A model generated the notes under the pieces. That model had not been told where the DNA came from and did no database searches. It saw nothing but the letters and a program-made list of their open reading frames with translations. Positions 27,127 to 39,900 of a DNA stretch of 64,000 nucleotides are shown here, piece after piece. A program made the translations under genes and the position numbers. Within the stretch, counting starts at the first letter, position 1. Each line of letters opens with the position of its first letter. Source of the stretch: Callorhinchus milii (taxonomy: Eukaryota); assembly GCF_018977255.1 (NCBI RefSeq), contig NW_024704749.1, forward strand, positions 7,936,001 to 8,000,000, read 5' to 3'.

Positions 27127-28158
27127 ATGAATAACACAACCATCAACTGTAGAATCGCTGACATCCCGTCCATTTATAATGCACCGGCCATCATCATCAC
27201 CTCCAGCCTGGGCTTAGTGGCCAACGTGCTGGCTTTGTGGATCTTCTGCTTTTACATCAAGTCCTGGAAGCCCAACACTGTCTTCTCCCTGAACCTGGCC
27301 ATCGCAGACCTGATGCTCGCTGTGTTCTGCTTGCCGTTCCGGGCAGACTACTTTGTGCGTGGGAAGAATTGGGTGTTTGGTGACGCGATGTGCCGCATTA
27401 ATCTGTTCCTGTTTTCTCTGAATCGCGCCGCGAGTATCGCCTTCCTGATGGTGATGGCGATGAACCGTTACTTCAAAGTCATGCACCCTTACCACAGGGT
27501 CAGCAAGATCTCGGTGCTGTGTGCTGTGAAGGTGTCTTGCCTAATGTGGGCGGAGAGCGTGGCCATTACTGCCTACCTCCTGGCCGAACGTCACGACTTC
27601 AAATACAACAAGAAGACCCTCTGCGAGACCTTGGACATGGACAACTCACAGGACACAGCATCCGTCATCTGGCACAATGTGGTCTTTATCTTCTTTAAAT
27701 TCACCCTGCCCACCTGTGTCCTCCTCTTTTCCACCCTAAGCATCGTCTTCAAGCTCAGGCAGATGAGCCCCGAGCTGAGACACAAGTACAGGAAGACCAT
27801 CAAGCTCCTTGCTGCTGTGGCGATCGTCTTTGTCTTATGTTTCTTGCCGACCAGTGTGACGCTGATAGCCGTGGTTGTCCACAGAAGGACCAAGGATCTC
27901 AACTGCAGGAGGTATACAATTTCGGTCCAAGTGTTTTACAACACTCTCTTCGTCACCTACTTCAACATCGTGCTGGATCCCATTGTTTACTACTTCTCCA
28001 GCTCGATGTTTCAGACCGCCTTCAGGAGGGCGCTCAACACCTGCCGCTCGGGGGCAGCCACCGACACCGAGGCTCCTTCCCAGGAGGGAGAGCTTGAGGA
28101 CAAGCCGATGAAACGGAGTCCAGTTGACTGCCAAACCACCGAAACATTCAGTGACTGA
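27127..28158 (+). CDS. Hydroxycarboxylic acid receptor-like GPCR, copy B (343 aa)
   Basis: Intact paralog 5926 nt downstream of copy A; 30 amino-acid differences by manual alignment. Confidence 0.93.
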   Translation: MNNTTINCRIADIPSIYNAPAIIITSSLGLVANVLALWIFCFYIKSWKPNTVFSLNLAIADLMLAVFCLPFRADYFVRGKNWVFGDAMCRINLFLFSLNRAASIAFLMVMAMNRYFKVMHPYHRVSKISVLCAVKVSCLMWAESVAITAYLLAERHDFKYNKKTLCETLDMDNSQDTASVIWHNVVFIFFKFTLPTCVLLFSTLSIVFKLRQMSPELRHKYRKTIKLLAAVAIVFVLCFLPTSVTLIAVVVHRRTKDLNCRRYTISVQVFYNTLFVTYFNIVLDPIVYYFSSSMFQTAFRRALNTCRSGAATDTEAPSQEGELEDKPMKRSPVDCQTTETFSD

Positions 28159-30861
28159 GTGAAGCCAAGGGGAGGTCGGGAACTATGATGTGGGTTGGGA
28201 CATCACAGGTGGGATTGTTGTGGAGCGCAGTGGCTCGGTTTCTGGAGGCAATTTGCAGCAGCAAAGTCCACAAACAAGGATGAAATAATTGACTGATTTT
28301 CTCTGAAGCCAGGACTCAGCAGGAGAAGCTCCCTTCTCTTTTTCAACACTGTCCCTGGATTTTCAACATCCTCTTGAACAGGTAGACATGCGTTGTGATG
28401 TCTTAAGGAGTATACTGTAAAAGGTACTGACTGTATTTTGTGGGCGAAACACGGCAGCCAGTTACACACAGCAGTATCCCAGTCGTGGATTGAGTGACCA
28501 AATTTTTTTTCTGGAGGGATAGCGATCCACCAATTGACTAACAATCCGGTTCCTACTTACTGTTAGGTAAACAGGCGTGTGGAGTTAGGGAACTTGCCTA
28601 AGATCTGACCCAGCCCTGGGTCCTCTCGCTTGCAATGCGAGTGCTTTGCTAGAGGATGTAATATAAATCGCTCGAAATGAAGGGTGTGTTTGTAAACTTC
28701 TTTATTTGTCAATCCAAACACTCAAAAATCCACCACTCTAAGCAATACAGTTTGTCCCATTCGCAGTATATTTGGGGACGAAACTCAGCAGCCAATTGCA
28801 CACTATAGGATCCCACAAACCGTCATGAATTGAATTGACCAATTTTATTTTTTTTAATTTTGTTTTCTTGAGGGATTATTATCAGGAGTGTGGAGTAAGG
28901 AAACTTACCCAAGGTTTGTTGTTTTAATAGGGTTCCACTGTACATGGAGCCATTTGTTGGTTCCAAGTCGGGGATAATTTCTGTAAAAAGCGATGAGAAA
29001 ACTGCCTTATTTACTATCTTAGCTTCAATTTATTAAACATCCCAACACGTTTTGGTGAAATTCTTCCCCCATCACACACACACACACACACAGGCAGTGG
29101 AGGGAACCACTGCAGCTCTCTGTCTAACACCGAAGCTGCAAACAGAAGACAACAAATTACACTTACACTTACACAACGCCTTTCACATTGGGAGGACGTC
29201 CCGAGACACTGGACAATCAAGGACTTGCACCTGAGCTGGGGGTTGGGATCAGGAGGGTGGAGGGTAGGGAGGATGGGGATTGGAGGGTGACCGAAGGCAG
29301 GCTGTTGCGGTCCATGTCCGGGTTAGTACAGTCATTTTGGGGGATTTCTCCCCCAGAAAGCGATCCATCAATCAACTAACAATCCTGCTTGTCGTTGATC
29401 TTGGAGTGTTGCCAGTGTTTTGTATATGACAAATACAGACAACCTGAAGCTTTGCGGGTGTACAGCTTTTGTATATTTCATTCAAATGTGTGACTAAACA
29501 TGTACTCAAAACGATTTACGTTCTTGGAAATAAAAACCCTGAAACACACAATAAAATGTGGGCGAGTACCTTCAGCTATTTACGTAACAAATGGCAAAAC
29601 GGATGTCGTACAAACCTTTATTTGTTTGGTTTATAAAAGCACGGACTGTAATGGAGAACTGACATTCTTTGCAGCATCTGAAAGTGGATCGTGGGGAAAA
29701 ACTGCTGAGGGTAGTGACTGTTTTTTTTATTGGAGTCATAGTAACTGTCCCACATACGGCCTCTTGAACTGGAGAAATGTCAGCCAGGGCACTAGGGGAG
29801 TCTTTGATAGAGGTGAATGAATGTCGGCAGGGGTGCGTGGGGTGGAGGAGCTCTCATAGCCAACACACGTACACATACACACACACACAAATACACACAG
29901 GGAGCGGAAGGAGCTACTGCAACTCGCTGTCTAACACTGAAGCTATCAGACAGTTATAACCGGGTTGGTTCCTAATGAGATGAAGGGTTTCCTGCTGGCA
30001 CAGATCAGGCGCAGGTTGGTGAGAGCCAAGGCTTGGTGGTCCCCAGAGAATGGACCTCCGAGAGTCTAAACTGCATAACTTGCCATTGAGAGTACTGGCT
30101 AAGGAAGTCAAAAATGAAGTCGAATGAAGTCAAAAAGCCCCGTTTTGTCAATCAGCACAGTACTAACATGGTGGGTGAACTCTGTGCTCACCTCCTATCT
30201 GCTAATTAAAACTCGTCAGGTTATCATTTTCCAGATACAATATAAAGACCATCAAAGGTGACAACTCAAAAGAGCGGTGGAGAGAGAGGCTCGTGTCATA
30301 TATAGTCAGCAGCTAAATAGTCGCTAATTACTGCGATAGTTTATTGTTTCAAGAAAAGTAGACTGTAAAAAGCCATTGACTTTAGTTCTTTGACATTGCG
30401 TGTAGATTAATGCTGAGCTGAGGGAGTTTTGTTGGGAGTGGTGGGGGGGGGGGGTGATTGTGTCTCTTGCTCTTTGTCAAAAAAAAATTTGTTTTCATGT
30501 TCTTGCCAATAAAAATGCAGAAGAGAATATGGGATGGAAGTTACAAAACTGATATATTAAAAAAAGTGAGTGTGCGCGATGGCTTTGGGTGTGTCTGTGG
30601 AGGGCTGAGAGAGGAGGAATTTTGTGCAATCACCAGTTTTGTAACTTTCACCTCATCTTTACTTCTGCATTTTAATTTTTACTTTACTTTACTTCTGCAT
30701 TTTGTATTGACAAGAACTTCAATCAGCAGCCCTTCTTATTTCATCAGAAAAATGCACCTTATCATATTGAAATATCTTGAAAGCGCTGTGCAGGCAGTCA
30801 CTGTCACTGTGATAGGCTGGTGCGGGGCAGCCATTTTGCACATGATAAAAGCCGTCAGAAT

Positions 30862-32650
30862 ACAACAACAACAAAATTACATTTGTACAGCGTCTTTCAC
30901 ATCGGGAGGTCGTCCCAAGGCGCTGGACAGACAAAGTTTCAGACCCGAACTGGGGATTGGGATCAGGGATGATGTAGGGCTGGGGGGGCTGCAAGGAAAT
31001 CAAAAGCACGGTCAAAGAGGAGGGGGAGGAGCAAGACCATGGAGGGCTTTGAAGGTGAGGACCAGGATCTTGAACTGTCTCCTCTGTGTGAAGGGAATCC
31101 AGTGGAGCCTGGCAAGGATGGGGGTGATAGGGTCAAGGATCCTGATGCGGGAGAGGAGATGGGGTGCAGAGTTCTGGATGACCTGCAGCCTATGGAGGGA
31201 GGAGTTTGGGAGGCTGACCAGCAAGGAGGTGCCTAGTCAAGCCTTGATGTAATGAAGGTTTCGGCAGCCTGTGGTGTAAGACAGTGGTGGAGCCGGGCGA
31301 TGTTACGGAGGTGGGGGAAGGCAGAGCAGGTCATGGCACAGATGTGGTCTAGAAAGGATAGTTGAGGGTCAAACAAGACGCCAAGGTTCCGTACTGGCTT
31401 AGTAAGTTGTAGTGTGCATTCACGGATGGTGATGCTGTCAGGGCCTGAGGTGTGGAGGCGCTGACTGGAGCCGATCAGGAGAGCTTCGGTCTTGTTGACG
31501 TTCAACTGAAGAAAATTAGTTCTTATCCAGGACTTGACGTCTGACAGACACTTTGTCAGGACAGCAGTGATCCTTGAGTTAAGGGTGGAGGCAGACCGAT
31601 AGAGTTGGGTATCATCTGCATACATGTGGAAGTTGACCCCATGTCCGCAGATGATGTCACCAAGAGGGAGCATATAGATATTGAAGACAAGGGAACCAAA
31701 GACAGAGCCCTGAGGAACACCGCACGGGGGATAGAGGAGAAACCTTTTCTAGAGATGAAGTGGAGGCGGTGTGAGAGGTACGGTCTGAACCAGTCAAGGA
31801 TAGAGCCGTGAAGGTTGAAGTGAGAGGAGAGGCGGTGGTTGATGTTCCAGTGATCGATGATGTCGAAGGCAGCAGAGGAGTCAAGGAGGACGAGGAGGCA
31901 GAGGGAGCCCTGATCGCAGATGGACAGAATGTCATTTGTCACCTTGACCACAGCTGTTTCTGTGCTGTGGGCGGCACGGAAAAGGATTGCAGGGGTTTGT
32001 GATGGGAGTGGCGAGAGAGGAAGGAGCGAAGCTGGGAAGCAACAACTCGTTCCAGGACTTTGGAGAGGAAAGGTAAGTTGGTGTTGGGGTGGTAGTTTGA
32101 AAGTAGAGATGGGTCCAGGGAGGGTCTTTTAAGGACAGGAGTGATAAAGGCAGTTTTTTTAATGTGGTGGGAACAGTACCAGTAGACAGAGAGAGGGTAA
32201 TGATGTCTTTGAGTAGAGGGGCAAGGAGGTGGAGCTGGGAGGTAAGGAGAGTACGAGGGATGGAGTCCAGGGAGCAAGTAGTCGGTTTCTTGCAGGTTAT
32301 AGTGGTGGTGAGAGAGGAGTGGGAGACAGGTTCAAAGGTGTGGAGGGAGGGATGGGTATGGGCCAGGGTGGGAAGAGGAGATGGGGAGGGTGTAGTAGAC
32401 GGAAAGGTAGAGGTAGCCGAGCAGATCCCCTCGACTTTGGGTTTGAGGAAGTCCAGCATCGCCTCGCAGTTGGCATTGGAGGTGAGGATGGGCGAGGAGT
32501 GAGAGGGGGAGGAGCTGGTTGGTGATGGGGAAGAGGAGCCTGAGGTTGTCCTTGGCCTCCAAGATTGTCTTGGAATAGAACGACAATTTAGTGGAGGTGT
32601 GGGTGGAGAGGTAGGATTTGATAAGGTCCAGCCAAATCGGTCCAGCCCGA
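30862..32650 (-). mobile_element. 5'-truncated, decayed L2-clade LINE (reverse transcriptase fragments)
   Basis: Minus-strand fragments [11 protein letters not shown] (RT YADD), [36 protein letters not shown] and ITPILARLHW; (TTG)n tail near 30862-30880; frameshifted. Confidence 0.9.
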
Positions 32651-34359
32651 TGGAGCGTTAAGTTCGATTTAAGCCTGGTGCGTTCAGAGGCACCAATTGT
32701 TTAATTGGTTTGGTTTGTGGGATGTGTGAACTTTTGCTCAACATTTGATTTTATACAAAAAAAGCAACTTTCACAATGTTGGTCTAGACTGGGAGCTCAA
32801 GTCCTAATGTTGGCTTGAACCAAACTGAGCGAAGAATGGCTGTCCAGGGGGAAGAGTAGAGATATCAAATGAATACAGTCCATTGACTCTGCTCTGCCAG
32901 TGTATTAGATCATGGCAGATCTTTCAGTCCCATCGCATTCTCTATGCCTTCCCTCTTCCACTTCATATTCTTGCATTCCAAGTGTCTGTCCATCTCTCTA
33001 TTTACTATCCCAATTTATGGCCTGGTGGCTCAGTGCCTCCACTACCCTTTGTGTGAGGAAACATTTTATGTAACTTGGGACTTGGAACCAGCTGTCAAGC
33101 AGCGCCATAGAGGCTATTGACTCATTTGCTTACTGTTTCATATGACGAAAGGGTTACAACATGCAAAGTGGGGAAGAGCAAGGAATTGAGATGGATGTCG
33201 TTACAGGAGGAGCAAACACGACAAATGCACAGTCATTACACTGATCAGAGAAAATAATTCTGTGAAGGGCTTAGATGTTTTTACTTCATAATCTGCTATA
33301 GCCAAACATGAGGATTATTATAATGGGTCAAATCGTTTGCACATAATAATATAATGATAATATATTGATGCGGATGTCATCCAACTCTTTCTGTGCCTCC
33401 ACACTCAACTCCAAGACCGTTGCTGTCCTGGTGGATTGTCTGTTGGACATCAAGTCCTGGATGATGTAACTTTTTCCTTTTGAACGTCGATAAGACCGAG
33501 GCCCTCCTGCTTGGTTCCTGTCGGCGACTCCTCAGCTCAGGCGCTGATAGCATCAATATTCATGGGTGCAATTTGTTGTTGCTGCTGCTGTTTGCAATGG
33601 TTAGGACGTTTATTGAGAGAGAGGTCAGTGGTTATCAAACACTAACCACACTGTAATATTCCTCTTCTGGTCCTGTCTACAATGATGAAGCTGTATTTCC
33701 AGCAGCTGTAAGACATTGTTCTTCCCTGCTGGCCCCTGGGCTGCTTGCACACTGTTTGTGGGGTCCTGAAGCTTAGTGGTTAAAGTACTTGCCTCGCAAG
33801 TGAGCAGGTTTGATCCCCGGGCAGGGCAAAATGTTGGGCGAGTTTCCTTACTCCACACGCCTCTGTTTACTCATTCGCTTATTAGATGTGATGAATGCCC
33901 GGAAGGCAGTCTCTGTGACACTTGGGAAATGAGAAGTAGATTTCAGCCAGTGTCATGGTCCAAAATCCCCCAGAGAAATGGATTATTCGCTTTGTGGTTG
34001 TTTGTGGCACTTCGCTGGTGCCCCTCCCTCTCTCCTCCCGCCTTCTCTCTCCACTCCTGTATCCCTCTCTCTCTCTGTCTGCAGATACACAGTCACTACA
34101 CTTCACGGTATTTGGCTGGGAAGCTCTTCGAGACACGGGCCCCGTATTGGGCATGAGGATTATTATTATTAATATTACTGGTGGTTTAAACGTGGGTTAG
34201 AGTATTAATTGCACCTCTGCTTGTGTGGAGGGCACAGGACCAGATAATTGCATAATTGTTTGCTTGCGCTTGGAAAACGTCTCTTACAAAGCAATCAGTC
34301 ACTTGTAACTTTGTCCTAACTTTAGCCAACTTTGATCTTGTATGTTTGCTGAGGACTGT

Positions 34360-34860
34360 TTTCAGAACTCTGCAGCTCGTGTACTGTCCCGCACCAGGCT
34401 TCGTGACCACATCACTCCCACCCTCGCTCGCCTCCACTGGCTCCCCATCCCCCAGAGGATCGATTTCAAGATCCTCATCCTCACCTACAAGGCCATTCAC
34501 GGCCTCGCTCCCTCCTACCTCTCCGACCTACTATCCCCCTACCTACCTACCTACCCGTACCCTCCGTTCTTCTGGCTCCGGTCTGCTCCACATCCCCCGC
34601 CCCAACTGCCCTACCATCGGTGGCCGGGCCTTCAGCCTCTCAACCCCGAGGCTCTGGAACTCTATCCCCCAGTGCCTTCGCCTTCGCTTCCTCCCTTTCC
34701 TCCTTCAAGGCCGGTCTCAAGACCTTTCTCTTTGACCTTCAGCCTTCAGCTCCCCTCTCGACTCTCTACCCCCTCCTCGCTCCCTCCCTACCCTCCCCTC
34801 ACCCTGACCATTTCCCCCCCAATGCTCGGGTCCTGACCCAACTGTACAGCGCCTTGGGAC
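34360..34860 (+). mobile_element. L2 3' fragment bridging the deletion in HCAR copy C
   Basis: Encodes [57 protein letters not shown], a typical L2 ORF2 C-terminus, followed by 3'UTR cut off at cagcgccttgggac. Confidence 0.85.
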
Positions 34861-34987
34861 GCTCAACACCTGCCGCTCGGGGGCAGCCACCGACACCGAG
34901 GCTCCTTCCCAGGAGGGAGAGCTTGAGGACAAGCCAAGCAAACGGAGTCCAGTTGACTGCCAAACTACCGAAACGTTCAGTGCCTGA
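34861..34987 (+). pseudogene. HCAR-like copy C remnant: only the C-terminal tail and 3' flank remain
   Basis: Encodes LNTCRSGAATDTEAPSQEGELEDKPSKRSPVDCQTTETFSA*, matching the tail of copies A and B. The 3' flank is homologous to about 35225. The 5' flank is present up to about 34358, but the rest of the CDS is replaced by an L2 fragment. Confidence 0.9.
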
Positions 34988-35854
34988 GTGAAGCCAAGGG
35001 GAGCTCGGGAACTATGATGTGGGTTGGAACATCACAGGTGGGATTGTTGTGGAGCGCAGTGGCTCGGTTTCTGGAGGCAATTTGCAGCAGCCACACAGCA
35101 AAGTCCCACAAACAAGGATGAAATAAGTGACTGATTTTCTCTGTCAGCCAGGACTCAGCAGAGAAGCTCCCTTCTCTTTTCCAACACTGTCCCTGGATCT
35201 TCAACATCCTCTTGAACAGGTAGACTTTGTTGGTAAGTTGTTTGCTCCCCAGGAGATATATGTATCTCAAACAGCTGATTTCAAGCACTCTGAGGCACTT
35301 CATCCATGAAAGGCTCCATGTAAATGCAAGTTGTTGTTGCGTTGACATGTTATGATCTGTCCAGCGCCTTGGGACATCCTCCCGTCGGGAAATGCACTGT
35401 ACAAATGTAATCTTGTTGTTATTGTATGTGTGTGTCTGTTTCTCTCTGTATTTGCGGGTGTCTCTATGTGTCTCTCCTGTCTGAGTGTATGTGTTTTGAG
35501 TGTCTCTCCATGTTTGTGAGTGTCTGTGTGAATGTGTATGTTTTGAGTTTCAATGTCTATCCATTTGTCTCTCTCCTCTGTATGTGGTTGTGAGTGTCTC
35601 TATGTGAATGTCCGGGTCTGTATGTGTGTGTTTGAGTCTCTCTGTGTCTATGTATTTTGTTAAAGAAGCAATTTTTTTGTAATAATTGATATTTTCTCAT
35701 GTTCAGTTTTTATCAATAAAATGAAAAACTGTAGATTGGCAGTAAAATGTTCCTCAATAGCATCAATCAACCCCCACCCCCCTGCAAGTTTCCCTGCACT
35801 TTGGCCCAGGTTATAACACTGGTTTTCAGCTGACCCACTGTTGGAATAATATAT

Positions 35855-36190
35855 TAATCCTTGCATTTAATATACTGCCTTACCACATCATTGTGACGCC
35901 TCAAAGAATATATTGTAAAATATACTGATTGTATTTTGTGGGCGAAACACGGCAGCCAATTGCGCACAGTAGTGTCCCAGTTGTGGATTGAATGACCCTC
36001 CAGAATTTTTTTTTGAGGGATTATTACCCCCGGATAGCGATCCGCCAATTGACTAACCGGGTTCCTACGTGCTGTTAGGTAAACCGAGACGTATGGAGTA
36101 AGGAAACTTGCCTAAGGTTTCGCCCCACCCAGGAACCGAACCCGGGTCCTCTTGCTTGTGAGATGAGCGCACTAACCCCTACGCTAGTGG
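35855..36190 (-). mobile_element. tRNA-derived SINE, same family, minus strand
   Basis: Reverse complement of the same consensus; further minus copies near 1870-2047, 22470-22730, 28390-28650, 40280-40660 and 46590-46935. Confidence 0.85.
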
Positions 36191-36673
36191 GAACACCATT
36201 GCTTTTGGTTTTGGCTGCTCAGGTCACGGCGACACCACTTGCTACATCCTGCATATACAAGTGGAGTCGGGCGGTGTCTGAGCATATGCGCTGTGTGTTG
36301 ACCAGAGCTACTCACGCTCACACCCCATTATAAGGCAGATTGGAAATAATATGGACTTCAACTACCACCTTATAACAGGGTTCTACTGTTTGTGGAGCCA
36401 TTTGTTGGTTCCAAGTCTAGGATTCATTTCTGTAAAAAGCCATGAGGAAACTGCCTTAATTACTATCTTAGCTTCAACTTATTAAATGTCCAGTGAGAAG
36501 ATGTTTCACAATTGTGTCTGCTGTATTTTCCCCCGGATTCTAATTTGTTGTCATTAAAGCACCCGAGCACCATGCTGACAAGGTAAAGGCGCAGAAAGTG
36601 TTAACCACAAGGACAGGTAAATGACAGAGAAGTTCAGACAAGAACAAATTGGCATGAAATCCAAACTGAGACT

Positions 36674-36679
36674 TTTATT
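36674..36679 (-). terminator. Candidate DENR polyadenylation signal
   Basis: tttatt on the plus strand (AATAAA on minus), about 230 nt past the DENR stop. Confidence 0.6.
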
Positions 36680-36905
36680 AAACCAAGGACTTAGTGCACA
36701 CAACATTCTTCAATGTGATCCAGGAATCCCACAGGGGCTTTGGCAACCAAACAATAAGTAAGTGCCTCAAATCCACTGAGGCCATTTGTGGAGAGGAGGA
36801 GGAGGAAGGGGATGTCTTTAATAAAAAGCTTGATTGTGTTTGATCTTTTAGCCGAATTGATTTTGCCCGCTGACCAGAATGATAAAGCGCTGTCTGTCTG
36901 TCACC

Positions 36906-39900
36906 TCACTTCTTCACTTCGCCAAGATCTTCAATGGACTCGTCATCCACCTGCAAACAGAAGACAACAACGACAAATAACATTTACCAGTGCCTTTCAA
37001 GTCGGGAGAACATCCCAAGGTGCTGGACAGTCAAGGACAGTAGTTGGGATCAGGATGGGTACATGGCAGGGGGAGTAAAGTTAGCAGGTCACAAGAGGTA
37101 GGGAGAAGCAAGACCGTGGAGGGCTTTGAAAACGAGCATGAGGATTTTGAACTCCCCTGGGGAATGGGGAGCCAGTGGAGTCGGGCGAGGATGGAGGCGA
37201 CAGGGTCACGATCACGGAGGTTTCTTACCTCAGGCCATTTCTCTTGAATAACATCCATAATATCGTCCGTCACGTCGCCCTGAATCGTGATTTCATCTTC
37301 CCCCGTAACCGAAGCCCCGCACGAGAATTTCTGAGCAAAGAACCTCTGTGCTTCTTTTAACTCGATCTCTGTTTCGTTTTTTTTTTAACGCAGAAAAAAG
37401 GATTATTGTCATGGGTAGTGTGCATAACGAGTATCTCTCCACCCAGCACGTCTACAGGGTGAGCTCAAGTTATCATCTCGGGGGCATTTGATCATTTAAA
37501 AATATATCGGTGAGGACAGAGGAAAAGAGCGAAGGAACCATAATTAGGAAACTCGTACTAACCTTAGAGAGAACTCAGACAGATTGATATCCAGGCAGAT
37601 TGTTATGATGGGTATATATATATATTTACATATATATATATATAATAGCGCAGAAGGCACTATATAAGTGCATGATGTTGTTGTAAACGAGTTTAACCAT
37701 GAACCCCACCCCCAGAGGCTGGGGCTAAACTGGCTTTACACATCCAAGAGTTGAGGTTAGGGGAGGATCTGATCAAGGGGCTTAATGAGAGCAATTGGTA
37801 AGCACAGTGGAGAGGATGGGGAAAAATTTGTGACAAAACTGGACTCACCGGCCAATGGCCTTTGCCTGTTCCCAGTTTCCTGTCAGAATACGGGACACTT
37901 GGCGGAATATTCCCGATTCCATTTTTTTTATTTGCACGCAAAACGTGGAGAGAATCCGGACGGATACTTGCCGAATGTTGCCAGGCCGCACACTCTGGTC
38001 ACGTATTTCTTTTTGGCTCGTGGAATTTTGGCTATCGTGACTTTCTGGGGCACCGTCTTTTTCTTGTTTCTAATCACACCTCTGCCGCCTGGAGAGGGAA
38101 ACAGAGAACCGCTCAAACTAGCTCATCACTGCAGGGGTTGCTCTTTCAGATCCCCCCCCCCGGGGAAAAAGGTTGTTCAGCTCCATGCATCCGCACTCTC
38201 CCTACTCTAATCTCATTCTCCCCTGCTCCTTCCCGAAAAGCCGTGCTAGTACTCGCTATGCCACCTGCAAATCAGGTCAGCATCACACTGAACTGCAGGA
38301 ATTCTGCTTTGAGATGTCCAGAAGATCATATCATGCCCTCCCCCTCCCCGGCGTTGTTGAATACTATGTCGACACCAATCGTTAAGGCTCACACGTGAAT
38401 AATACCCAACATGGCAACCCACAGTGGAGGAAAGGGTGGGGGGGGGTGGAGGAGTTTAACATCCAACAAATTACATTTACACAGCACAGTTCTCGGCGGG
38501 GCAACGTCCCAAGGCATTGGACAGTCAAGGATTTGGGACAGTTAAAACGCATTTAGGAGAGGAGAAAACCAGGAAATCAGGTACCTCTCGTTTGTTTCTT
38601 CTTTTCTTTTTCCTCTCCCGCGGGCGTGTCCCCGCCCCCCGCGTCCTGCTGTAGGCATTGATCTGCTTTAAACACAAGGAGCAACACAGACCCACTCAGT
38701 GCAAAACACATCAATCCTCAAACACCTCCTAGCGGCGGATCCCAGTAACTGCCTCCCCAGAAACACCCAGAAAAGATTTCAACCATTCATTCATATTTCG
38801 AAACAGTAATCCAACAACAACAAATGACAATTACACAGCACCTTTCATGTCGGGAGGACGTCCAGAGACACCAGATAATCAAGGATTTGCACCCGAGCTG
38901 GGGGTTGGGATCAGGAGGGCCGGAGCGCAGGGAGGATGGGGTGGGTGATCGAAGACGTGGTCGAAGGGTAAAGTCTTGAGGTGGGGCTTGAAGGAGGCAA
39001 GGAAGGGAGTAAGGCGAAGGGACTGTGGGATGGAGTTCCAAAGAGAGGTTGAAGGCCCAACCAATAGTGGATGGTGGCTGATGGTGGGGTGGGCAGGGTG
39101 GGGGACATGAAGCAGGCCAGAGTGCGCTGAGTGGAGAGCTCAGTATCAATCCAGTAGTACAGTAAGTCACCCCTTTGTTCCCTCCTTTACCTATACTAAG
39201 CTTTGCAAACTCCTCAGGACAGTTCTTCTCCAGCCACTGTCTGCACTTGGTGTACTGGGGCATGTATTCACAATACTGGAAGGAAAGCACAGCAGTTGTC
39301 AATAGTTTCTTTAGCCAGGAGCTTCCCTCACTCCCAGCCTGTGGATTCAGGAAACAAGTTACGTGGAGGGTGTCTCATCTCTTGGTCTTGGCTGAGCTGA
39401 GGTCTCGCTGATCTAAGCAGCTACCAAGCTCCCATGTCAGTGACAGCACATTGGGTGGTGCATTTAATGAGCACCCAAGCCGACACCTAGTGACAAAAAG
39501 TGTAACTCATGGTATACATTTAACACAGATAAAATTCAGCCCACTCTCTGACAAAGTGCGTTCATTCACAGAAACCGCCCCACACTCCATCTCCCCCCCC
39601 CCCCCCCAAATAAATTGCAAACCCACACCACACTAGAGTCTAGCATACTGCTAAAGGGAACCCAGCACAACAGAAATCCACTCGTTTGTCTAAATTACTC
39701 GGCGATCTGAAAACTTTCTCAGCCTCTGTGGTACAGTATTAAACTAGAGTGAGAGGTTTACATTTTTATAAACAACAGAGAGACGGTAACTAAGAGAAGT
39801 ACAATCTATTTGCAAAGTAATGGAATTCACTTACCTCTGTGGGTAATGAGCAAACTGGAAAGAAGAGGGAAAAACACAAGAGTGACTTAAAAAAATATGA

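Larger units (their letters stand above)
18910..36490 (+). repeat. Three-unit tandem segmental duplication (about 18910-23480, 23480-29400, 29400-36490)
   Basis: Directly visible repeated blocks, e.g. ...tgtacagcttttgtatattt...ttggaaataaaaaccct... near 18975, 23543 and 29460; gagccatttgttggttccaagtc near 23030, 28947 and 36396. Boundaries are approximate. Confidence 0.9.

Noticed and set aside
30458-31252. 264-aa plus-strand ORF
   Set aside because: Mostly antisense to the decayed L2 element, has a non-ATG start, and is not preserved in the paralogous unit.
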